A stretch of 64,000 nucleotides of DNA from Eledone cirrhosa. Its lineage: Eukaryota. The notes beneath the pieces are model-generated. The model did no database searches. It was given only the letters and a program-made list of their open reading frames with translations, and was not told the DNA's origin. Location of the stretch: positions 89,714,001-89,778,000 of the forward strand of contig OZ024744.1 in assembly GCA_964016885.1 (NCBI GenBank). The letters are read 5' to 3'. The translations under genes and the position numbers were made by a program. The first letter of the stretch is position 1. Every line of letters begins with the position of its first letter. Shown piece by piece: positions 12,582 through 23,779 of the stretch.

Positions 12582-12900
12582 TAATATAAGATCAAAAGAT
12601 GGTTAAATCAACATATCTAAACTGCATATATAAACTGCATATATAAACTGCACTATCCACAAGTGTTTTTTAGCCTTCATATCATGTTCTCCTGTTTTAT
12701 CTGATGAAAACACAAATATTATTGCATGATGATGTTTGTTTTTGAAATGCGCATAATAAAATACATGGAACTCCTTTAACCATCTTTTGATCTTATATTA
12801 TGTATACTCCAGTCCTACAAACTGTAGAGTGCTTCTTATCCGATATCTGCATTGCTTTATTGTACTACAATAAAACTCACAATAAAACTCACCTCCTACA
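12582..12900 (+). mobile_element. Non-coding HHR element, family B (tiny inverted arm + long arm)
   Basis: TGTTTTAT-CTGATGA(12701)-stem II-GAAA(12744)-TGCGCA-TA-ATAAAATA; flanked by (TA)n; related copies at 22046-22470 and 62762-62980. Confidence 0.75.
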
Positions 12901-12914
12901 TATATATATATATA

Positions 12915-13385
12915 TATACAATATTAAATAAATGGAAAACTATATTTATAAAACCATATTTATTTCATTATATATATTTCGGGGATATCATATTAACAAT
13001 ATGCTATGCCTTCATCAGACAAAATACAATATAAACAGTTTTATAGATAAATATATTCGACATACCGTAATAAACATCAACTTCATTTGGAGAGGTTTAC
13101 GCTAGCAGTCTGCTAGCGTAAACCTCTCCAAATGAAGTTGATGTTTATTACGGTATGTCGAATATATTTATCTATAAAACTGTTTATATTGTATTTTGTC
13201 TGATGAAGGCATAGCATATTGTTAATATGATATCCCCGAAATATATATAATGAAATAAATATGGTTTTATAAATATAGTTTTCCATTTATTTAATATTGT
13301 AAATATACTCCAAATATTTGTCGAGTGCTTTTATATCAGTTATAAATATTTACTAGTTGTAACCCAACAATTTTAAATATAACTT

Positions 13386-13390
<5 letters not shown>
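12915..13390. mobile_element. Head-to-head HHR foldback, family A
   Basis: Near-perfect inverted repeat centred at ~13108 (GCTAGCAG-T-CTGCTAGC); plus arm has TATTTTGT-CTGATGA(13200)..ATATCCCC-GAAA-TATATA-TA-ATGAAATA; plus arm ~85 nt longer. Confidence 0.8.
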
Positions 13391-13431
<41 letters not shown>

Positions 13432-13434
<3 letters not shown>

Positions 13435-14293
13435 AAAGTTATATTTAAATTGTTGGGTTAACAACGAGTAAATATTTATAACTGATATAAAAGCACTCAA
13501 CAAGTATTTGGAGTATATTTATGATATTAAATAAATGGAAACTATATTTATAAAACCATATTTATTTCATTATATATATTTCAGGGATATCATATTAACA
13601 ATATGTTATGCCTTCTTCAGACAAAATACAATATAAACAGTCTTATAAATAAATAGATACTTATAAATAAATAAATACTGATATTTACATTATAATGCCT
13701 GTTTTATATTTTCTACATGATGAAACATAGCGTTTTTTAAATTCTGCCTCGTTTATGTCTGGTTATTTTTCATTTTCTCTTTTTCATTTTCTCTTTTTTC
13801 TCTCTATATAACGTCTATTTTCTCTCTTAACTACATACATCTCTCTTTACATTAATACTAGAGCTAAATAAATAAATAAATAAATAAATAAATGTATCAC
13901 TTGATACTCAACTACCTAGTTTCTCTATCTCTATCTATTTCTTTCTTTTTTCCTCTCTCTATATATCTCTCTCTGTTTCTTTACATGAAGTTCTTCTCTT
14001 TATCTATTTTTCTATATCTCTCTATTTAGTCACATGCATTTCTTCTTTTTCTTCGTTTTTCTTCCTTTCTTTCTTTCTCTCTTTCTTTTTACAACTGTCC
14101 ACAATATTTTTTACTGCCAAATCAACCTCCCAAATGCAAGTCGATTGAAAGCTATGTCGTATCTATTTATTTATAAGACTGTTTATATTGTATTTTGTCT
14201 GAAGAAGGCATAACATATTGTTAATATGATATCCCTGAAATATATATAATGAAATAAATATGGTTTTATAAATATAGTTTCCATTTATTTAAT

Positions 14294-14300
<7 letters not shown>
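13432..14300. mobile_element. Head-to-head HHR foldback, family A variant
   Basis: Minus arm 13432-13660 and plus arm ending ~14298, each with CTGAAGA..GAAA-TATATA; same outer ends as the copy at 62132-62650. Confidence 0.8.
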
Positions 14301-14329
<29 letters not shown>

Positions 14330-14559
14330 TGTAATAAACAACATAAGGCAATTATTCCATTTACCAGTGGTTTCTTAAAAGCAAATGATTTTGTTTTCAA
14401 TGCTCAGAATGAAAAAATCCTGGTCTGTTTATTGAATTTGGATTTTAAAAACAAAAATGCAATCTATATGAAAGTGAGGCTGGAGAAGGAAAGAAGGAAA
14501 GGAAAAATAAAATAAAACTACACATGCAAACACACACACAAAAACACAAAAGCATACAT

Positions 14560-14604
<45 letters not shown>

Positions 14605-14831
14605 TATACATATATATACATACATATACATACATATATATATATACACATACATACACTCATACATACACACACGCACACATATATACACACATATATG
14701 TGTATATAAATACACACGCACATAAATATCAACACATCCATACATACAAATACATATATACAACCACACACACATATATACACACATACATACACATAGA
14801 AACATAAATATAAATACATATACATACACAC

Positions 14832-14874
<43 letters not shown>

Positions 14875-15477
14875 TATATATATATGTGTGTACAAGCATA
14901 CACATACACAAACATAGCCATACACAGATACATAAACATACATGCATACATGCACACAATCATACATATATACACACGTACATACACATACATAAATGCA
15001 CTCCTCTACATATTCACACACGCAAATAAATATAAGAAAAAAAAAATATATATATATATATAAGAAATTTTTTGACAGCGATACAGAACGCAGCTAACTG
15101 GACAGACACGCGTGGTAAGTAATACACACAAATGCACGTATACATACGTACAAAATAGTAAATACATACACACACTCTCGCACATAAATATACATATACA
15201 AATACATAAACACATACATACACATACATGCACAAACACGCACACGTATACAATTATACACACACATATGTATATGTAATTATAAACACACACATATATA
15301 TATATATACACATAAATATAAACATACACACACACATATATGTATACATACACACATACATATACATAGCTATACAATTATACACATACAAATACGTACA
15401 TATCATAAACACGCACAACCAAATACAAACACACACACACACACATACATACATACATACATATATATATATATACA

Positions 15478-15959
15478 TGTAAAGTTATATTTAAAATTGT
15501 TGGGTTACAACTAGTAAATATTTATAACTGATATAAAAGCACTCGACAAATATTTGGAGTATATTTACAATATTAAATAAATGGAAAACTATATTTATAA
15601 AACCATATTTATTTCATTATATATATTTCGGGGATATCATATTAACAATATGCTATGCCTTCATCAGACAAAATACAATATAAACAGTTTTATAGATAAA
15701 TATATTCGACATACCGTAATAAACATCGACTTCATTTGAAGAGGTTTACGCTAGCAGTGAAAATACAGAGAGAAAGAAAGAGAGAAAAAAAATATATATA
15801 TTTTATAGATAAATATATATATTTATCTATAAAACTGTTTATATTGTATTTTGTCTGATGAAGGCATAGCATATTGTTAATATGATATCCCCGAAATATA
15901 TATAATGAAATAAATATGGTTTTATAAATATAGTTTTCCATTTATTTATTTAATGTAAT

Positions 15960-15965
<6 letters not shown>
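15478..15965. mobile_element. Head-to-head HHR foldback, family A, nested in the left PLE arm
   Basis: Minus long arm 15478-15758, plus short arm with CTGATGA at 15855; absent from the right PLE arm. Confidence 0.8.
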
Positions 15966-16019
<54 letters not shown>

Positions 16020-16021
<2 letters not shown>

Positions 16022-16220
16022 AACCAGTAAGACCCCGACAGCTGAGCTCAAGCCGTTTCGACGGCTAATTCTGGACTGAATTAGTCCAGAATTAGCCGTC
16101 GAAACGGCTTGAGCTCAGCTGTCGGGGCCTTACTGGTTCCTATTACCCACTCTACTACCTCAAGTATTGAGTACTTTGGTGCGTTATGGTCCACCTGGTT
16201 CCTTACCACATTTCCTTCGT

Positions 16221-16221
<1 letters not shown>
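16020..16221. mobile_element. Small foldback retaining only the 3' half of an HHR-like motif
   Basis: GGAACCAGTAAG..GACGGCTAATTCTGGACT-GAATT-AGTCCAGAATTAGCCGTC-GAAA-CGGCTT..CTTACTGGTTCC plus an 80-nt tail; single-arm copy at 61600-61660. Confidence 0.65.
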
Positions 16222-16266
<45 letters not shown>

Positions 16267-16742
16267 TATACATGTGTGTGTGTGTAAAACTCAGTCTTAG
16301 ATAATTCATATGAGCCTTACATATACATATATATAGTAGTAAAGTAATAAAGTAATAAGCAACATAAGGCAATTATTCCATTCACCAGTGGTTTCTTAAA
16401 AGCAAAAAAATTTTCCTTCAATCTTCAGAATGAAAAAAACCTGGTCTATCTACATATACATACATATACACACACAAATATATATATATACATATATATA
16501 CACACATATATACATACATATATATATATACATATACACACAAATATACATACACATACACATAGGTATGTAAAGGGCAAGGCAAAAAGAATATATGGGG
16601 GGGGGGGTACATAGGAAAAGGTGAAATATAAGGGGAGGTAAGGGAGAAAAAAATAAATATACAAGAGTACAGAACGTAGATTCAGCAAAAAAAAAATAAA
16701 TAAATAAAAAGCCGTAGCAGAAGTAAAGAGCAGAAAAGGAGT

Positions 16743-18275
16743 TCAAGGCGGTTGATTTATCATAGGAGTGTCAATCCAGTTACAGATCAGATGCGATTTC
16801 AGATGAGGACAGCATCTGAAGATCTCAGTCTTTGAGTTAAGGCAAGCGGAAGTGGCTCTCAAGTTTAGCAAAATCCTATACTTTTCTGTGGTACACAAAG
16901 AACAATTCTTTGTGCCCCTTTGGTACTCCCTCGAATGGTCTAATATAGACCAATCAATAGAGTACGGGATGTTACTATCCTTGAGTTCCCACACCTTACT
17001 TGCGAGGGCCGTTGATGTTCGTTTATGGGAGTGCTTAAAAGAAGCGACATGTGAGTAAAATCTGGTTTTAAACCTGTCCTGGGTCATACCGACATATCGC
17101 TCACTCCTGGCTGGCTGGTTGTTGATTACCGGTGTTATCTTAGCCTCATAAACAACAGATTTGGTGTTACATTTACCCTGCAATGGGCATTCATCCGGTT
17201 TCCTGCAACTGCATCCTGGATTTATTCTCGTATGGTTTGAACTGATGATTTTGGACTTCATAGATGGGCAACAAGAGTAGCTGATCTTAACTACGTTCCT
17301 ATTAAATATCTTATAATATCTATGATTAGGAGGAAAATGTTTGTCTAATAGTTCAAGGAATTTCCTTCCTACATTAGTTTTGACAGTTAGAGAGAAGGGG
17401 TGTGTGAACCAAATAATCTTCCTTTTCCTGTTATTGTGGTTAGTTTTAGGGGGGGGGGGGTAGGTAAATAAGAATTTTTTTCTGTAAAACCGCTGTTCTT
17501 AAGGGCTTTAGTATAATAAGGGGCGGCTTTATTAAAAATGTCTATAGACGAAGATAAGGTAGAAATCCTACGGCTAATGTTAGGAATAAGATTATTAAAA
17601 ACTATAGGGGGATGGCAAGACTCTTTGTGTATATACCTAAGATTTTCATTAGGTTTATGATAGCGTTTAAAAGAGGCGGTAAGTAGATCAAGATTAATAT
17701 CAAGAAAGTTAGCATTAGTAAGGTTCGTATCTATAGTGATTTTAAGGTTAAGGTTAGCAAAAGTATTGATTAAATCTTTACGGAATTTATCAAGGTTATG
17801 GCCGTTGGTGGTATGAGAAACTGCTAATCCGTCATCACGGTATAAACCGATATTATGGGACGGAAATTTCTCTTTGAGGGTGTGGAGAAGGAATAATCCT
17901 ACTAAGTCACACATATCCGCACTGTCATATGAACCCATTGCAACACCAAAAGAGTTTTCAGGGTTTGACTTTTTAACCCAAATATTATCATTAGTAAAGA
18001 GTAAAGTTTTTCTAGCATGAAAGATAATGTCTTCTAATTTAGAAATATTAATGAAGGGTCTTGCAAAATCTAAGGCATTAGTTAATAAGGAAACAGTAAT
18101 AGATGGGTAAAAATCGACAAAATCAAATTGGGTAAATCTACACTTATTTTTACCTTGTATATTATTGAACCAAGAAATAACAGAGAAAGTATTTAGCCAC
18201 TGTGATAGGTCAGTGTTAGTTCTAATTTGGAGAATTATTTGTCTTAAGATTTTCTTACTTGCAAGGCCAACCTCG
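16743..18275 (-). pseudogene. PLE RT/GIY-YIG, inverted 5'-truncated copy
   Basis: MGSYDSADMCDLVG, YRDDG, CSCRKPDECPL, RYVGMT, CSLCTTEK; frameshift at G12 run 17449-17460. Confidence 0.88.
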
Positions 18276-20279
18276 ATGGACTATTCAGTGCTGATACTAA
18301 AGATTGTTTTGACATCAAATCCCGTAAATATCCACCTAGAATTTAAGACATGGCCAACTTCGAATTAGACCTTGTTAATCTAATTAGTGATATCAAATTT
18401 CGTAAGTACAATAATAACTTTCAAACTAAACTATCTAACGATATTCCTAATTTTAGAAATTCTACAAACACTTTTGTTCTTTCTGATAAAACTAAAAATC
18501 TCTTTGAAGTTAATAGTACTTTGTATAACCAACTTTTAACTAATAGTATTACCAATAAATATCAATTAACTAATAATAATACCTACAATACTATCAATAA
18601 AGAAGCTAAAGAACTAGCTAGTTCTTTACAAATAGATAACCGGATTGAATGCCTAGCTAAGCGTAAAGCATATATTACCCTTAAAGACCATAAATTGGAC
18701 TTTACTAATCGACCTAGTTGTAGATTGATTAACCCGGCTAAATCCGAGGTTGGCCTTGCAAGTAAGAAAATCTTAAGAAAAATAATTCTCCAAATTAGAA
18801 CTAACACTGACCTATCACAGTGGCTAAATACTTCCTCTGTTATTTCTTGGTTCAATAATATACAAGGTAAAAATAAGTGTAGATTTACCCAATTTGATAT
18901 TGTCGATTTTTACCCATCTATTACTGTTTCCTTATTAACTAATGCCTTAGATTTTGCAATACCCTTCATTAATATTTCTAAATTAGAAGAAGACATTATC
19001 TTTCATGCTAGAAAAACTTTACTCTTTACTAATGATAATATTTGGGTTAAAAAGTCAAACCCTGAAAACTCTTTTGATGTTGCGATGGGTTCATATGACA
19101 GTGCGGATATGTGTGACTTAGTAGGATTATTCCTTCTCCACACCCTCAAAGAGAAATTTCCGTCCCATAATATCGGTTTATACCGTGATGACGGATTAGC
19201 AGTTTCTCATACCACCAACGGCCATAACCTTGATAAATTCCGTAAAGATTTAATCAATACTTTTGCTAACCTTAACCTTAAAATCACTATAGATACGAAC
19301 CTTACTAATGCTAACTTTCTTGATATTAATCTTGATCTACTTACCGCCTCTTTTAAACGCTATCATAAACCTAATGAAAATCTTAGGTATATACACAAAG
19401 AGTCTTGCCATCCCCCTATAGTTTTTAATAATCTTATTCCTAACATTAGCCGTAGGATTTCTACCTTATCTTCGTCTATAGACATTTTTAATAAAGCCGC
19501 CCCTTATTATATTAAAGCCCTTAAGAACAGCGGTTTTACAGAAAAAATTTCTTATTTACCTACCCCCCCCCCCTAAAACTAACCACAATAACAGGAAAAG
19601 GAAGATTATTTGGTTCACACCCCCCTTCTCTCTAACTGTCAAAACTAATGTAGGAAGGAAATTCCTTGAACTATTAGACAAACATTTTCCTCCTAATCAT
19701 AGATATTATAAGATATTTAATAGGAACGTAGTTAAGATCAGCTACTCTTGTTGCCCATCTATGAAGTCCAAAATCACCAGTTCAAACCATACGAGAATAA
19801 ATCCAGGATGCAGTTGCAGGAAACCGGATGAATGCCCATTGCAGGGTAAATGTAACACCAAATCTGTTGTTTATGAGGCTAAGATAACACCGGTAATCAA
19901 CAACCAGCCAGCCAGGAGTGAGCGATATGTCGGTATGACCCAGGACAGGTTTAAAACCAGATTTTACTCACATGTCGCTTCTTTTAAGCACTCCGATAAA
20001 CGAACATCAATGGCCCTCGCAAGTAAGGTGTGGGAACTCAAGGATAGTAACATCCCGTACTCTATTGATTGGTCTATATTAGACCATTCGAGGGAGTACC
20101 AAAGGGGCACAAAGAATTGTTCTTTGTGTACCACAGAAAAGTATAGGATTTTGCTAAACTTGAGAGCCACTTCCGCTTGCCTTAACTCAAAGACTGAGAT
20201 CTTCAGACGCTGTCCTCATCTGAAATCGCATCTGATCTGTGACTGGATTGACACTCCTATGATAAATCAACCGCCTTGA
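18276..20279 (+). pseudogene. PLE RT + GIY-YIG ORF, 5'-truncated, frameshifted at poly-C
   Basis: SDKT, ITLKDHK, RLINPAKS, FDIVDFYPSI, MGSYD, YRDDG, NFLDI; after the C11 run (19563-19573) the frame continues RKIIWFTPPFS..SYSC..GIY-YIG. Confidence 0.9.
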
Positions 20280-20574
20280 ACTCCTTTTCTGCTCTTTACT
20301 TCTGCTACGGTTTTTTTTTTTTTTTTTTTTTGCCGAATCTACGTTCTGTACTCTTGTATATTTATTTTTTTCTCCCTTACCTCCCCTTATATTTCACCTT
20401 TTCCTATGTACCCCCCCCCCCCATATATTCTTTTTGCCTTGCCCTTCACATACCTATGTGTATGTGTATGTATATTTGTGTGTGTATATATATATGTATG
20501 TATATATGTGTGTATATATATGTATATATATATATATGTGTGTGTATATGTATGTATATGTAGATAGACCAGGT

Positions 20575-20640
20575 TTTTTTCATTCTGAAGATTGAAGGAA
20601 AATTTTTTTGCTTTTAAGAAACCACTGGTGAATGGAATAA
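20575..20640 (+). ncRNA. Type-I hammerhead motif, first tail of the Hydra-like PLE (mirror at ~16370-16436, minus)
   Basis: CATT-CTGAAGA-TTGAAGGAAAA..TTTTGCTTTTAA-GAAA-CCACTGG-TG-AATG; the cleavage triplet is GUG, which is normally uncleavable. Confidence 0.6.
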
Positions 20641-20764
20641 TTGCCTTATGTTGCTTATTACTTTATTACTTTACTACTATATATATGTATATGTAAGGTT
20701 CATATGAATTATCTAAGACTGAGTTTTACACACACACACATGTATATGTGTATGTGTGTGTGTG

Positions 20765-20813
<49 letters not shown>

Positions 20814-21393
20814 GTGTGTGTGTATGTTTGTATTTGGTTGTGCGTGTTTATGATATGTACGTATTTGTATGTGTATAATTGTATAGCTATGTATATGTAT
20901 GTGTGTATGTATACATATATGTGTGTGTGTATGTGTATGTTATATTTAAGTGTATATATATATATATGTGTGTGTATAATTACATATACATATGTGTGTG
21001 TATAATTGTATACGTGTGCGTGTTTGTGCATGTATGTGTATGTATGTGTTTATGTATTTGTATATGTATATTTATGTGCGAGAGTGTGTGTATGTATTTA
21101 CTATTTTGTACGTATGTATACGTGCATTTGTGTGTATTACTTACCACGCGTGTCTGTCCAGTTAGCTGCGTTCTGTATCGCTGTCAAAAAATTTCTTATA
21201 TATATATATATATTTTTTTTTTCTTATATTTATTTGCGTGTATGAATATGTAGAGGAGTGCATTTATGTATGTGTATTTATGTACGTGTGTATATATGTA
21301 TGATTGTGTGCATGTATGTATGTATGTTTATGTATCTGTGTATGGCTTTGTTTGTGTATGTGTATGCTTGTACACATATATATATATTTATGT

Positions 21394-21427
<34 letters not shown>

Positions 21428-21646
21428 ATGTGTGTATGTATATGTATTTATATTTATGTTTCTATGTGTATGTATGTGTGTATATATGTGTGTGTGGTTG
21501 TATATATGTATTTGTATGTATGGATGTGTTGTTATTTACGTGCGTATGTATATATGTGTTTGTGTGTGTATGTAAGAGTGTATGTATGTGTATATATATA
21601 TGTATGTATATGTATGTATATGTATATATATATATGTATATATGTA

Positions 21647-21686
<40 letters not shown>

Positions 21687-21834
21687 AGTGTGTATGTATG
21701 CTTTTGTGTTTTTGTGTGTGTGTTTGCATGTGTAGTTTTATTTTATTTTTCCTTTCCTACTTCCTTCTCCAGCCTCACTTTCATATAGATTGCATTTTTG
21801 TTTTTAAAATCCAAATTCAATAAACAGACCAGGA

Positions 21835-21900
21835 TTTTTTCATTCTGAGGATTAAAAGCAAAATCTTTTGCTTTTAAGAAACCACTGGTAAATGGAATAA
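21835..21900 (+). ncRNA. Type-I hammerhead ribozyme, best-formed copy
   Basis: TTTTTTCATT-CTGAGGA(21845)-TTAAAAGCAAAA-TC-TTTTGCTTTTAA-GAAA(21878)-CCACTGG-TA-AATGGAATAA; all three stems pair, GUA site at 21888-21890. Confidence 0.8.
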
Positions 21901-21987
21901 TTGCCTTATGTTGTTTATTACATAACTATTAAGCTCTCTTACCTACATAGAGCACTCTTTTTTCCTGGACTTTTCCGACGGAATTAC

Positions 21988-22045
<58 letters not shown>

Positions 22046-22047
<2 letters not shown>

Positions 22048-22470
22048 GTAGGAGGTGAGTTTTATTGTAGTACAATAAAGCAATGCAGATATCGGATAAT
22101 AAGCACTCTACAGTTTGTAGGACTGGAGTATACATAATATATAAGAACAAAAGATGGTTAAAAGAGCTCCATGTATTTTATTATGCGCATTTCAAAAACG
22201 AATATCATCATGCAATAATATTTGTGTTTTCATCAGATAAAACATGAAGACATGATATGAAGGTTAACAAACACTTGTGGATAGTTCAGTTTTAAATCAA
22301 CATATGTTGATTTAAAACTGAACTATCCATAAGTGTTTTTTAACCTTCATATCATGTCTTCATGTTTTATCTGATGAAAACACAAATATTATTGCATGAT
22401 GATATTCGTTTTTGAAATGCGCATAATAAAATACATGGAACTCTTTTAACCATCTTTTGTTCTGATATAT
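22046..22470. mobile_element. Head-to-head HHR foldback, family B
   Basis: Centre TTTAAATCAACATATGTTGATTTAAA (~22303); CTGATGA at 22371 (plus) and mirrored near 22230; minus arm ~95 nt longer. Confidence 0.8.
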
Positions 22471-22523
22471 TATATATATATACATACATACATGCATAGA
22501 TAAATACATAGATATGTTTACAG

Positions 22524-22592
<69 letters not shown>

Positions 22593-23305
22593 CATGCATA
22601 GATAAATACATACATATGTTTACAGGTATATTTATATATATATATATATCGCCATTTTTCTAATCCCTATGGGACTTTGTATTCAAAATCTTCATTAGAA
22701 GTCCTATAAACAGCAACCAGGTAAATTTCTTTGATTTGATTTTTTTCAGATTTACTCAAATACAGATTTTCGATGAGATCGAGTCCCGTTCTGTCTGTGT
22801 GTGTAAAGTATTATAACTTGCGTATTATTCACCCGATCTCTTAACATTTTACACATTGCTAAAGGAGGATGCGAGATGTTTTTATAAAAGAAACATAACC
22901 ACTTTAGATGACACTGTATATTGTGTATTATAAGACTCTTTTATTAATTAGCACTGATGAACTGTAATACTTCTAGAACCTACAAGGCAGACAAGTATTG
23001 TACTCAGTAATTCGATTGCCGGTGTCACGGAATATAGTTGCTGTGACAATTCCTTAACGATATATACATAACATTTACAGCATTGTGTTTCACAATTTCT
23101 TCTTGCTGATCAGTCAGTTTGTAATTATATTTGCTTTGAACATTTGCAGTAGGTTCTATAGTATAGCAGTCTCTGGTTGACAGTTAATGATTTGAGAAGG
23201 AAGTAGAAAGTTCAGAATAGAAGAGAAAGAGGGACAGAAAAAGAAAGTGAGAGAATTTCTATAGGAGGGAAACAGCGACAGAAAGAAAGAGACAAAGAAA
23301 AAAGG

Positions 23306-23412
<107 letters not shown>

Positions 23413-23779
23413 GACTGGCAAAAAGAGAGAGAAAGAAGAGGCTGTGTGATAGGGGAAAGAAAGAGAGAGTGAGACAGTAAGTAACCACATGTTGTGAGAA
23501 GAGAAGCAGACGACAACAATATGAAATATTAAACACGATATTAGAAAAATATTTTTGTAAATATGACAATAATTTATATATGCATGCATGCATAGATAAA
23601 TACATACATATGTTTCAGGTATATTTATATATGTATATATTTTATATATACATACATGCATATGTTTACAGGTATATTTATATATACCTGTAAATATTAG
23701 TACTCCCATAAACAGCAACGAGGTAAATTTCTTTGATTTGATTTGTTTCAGATTTATTCAATTACCGATTTTCCATAGA

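Larger units (their letters stand above)
14325..21930. mobile_element. Penelope-like element (Hydra-like) as a large head-to-head inverted duplication
   Basis: 14325-15470 plus 16250-18275 is the reverse complement of ~18745-21925; unique spacer 18276-18744; both arms carry RT, GIY-YIG and two HHR-bearing tails. Confidence 0.9.

Noticed and set aside
14429-15482. Many YI/VC/HT/RE-repeat ORFs here and throughout the ORF track
   Set aside because: They are translations of TA, TG, CA, AG and CATA microsatellites that simply lack stop codons
22953-22985. CTGATGA as another hammerhead
   Set aside because: No stem II followed by GAAA; likely a chance match
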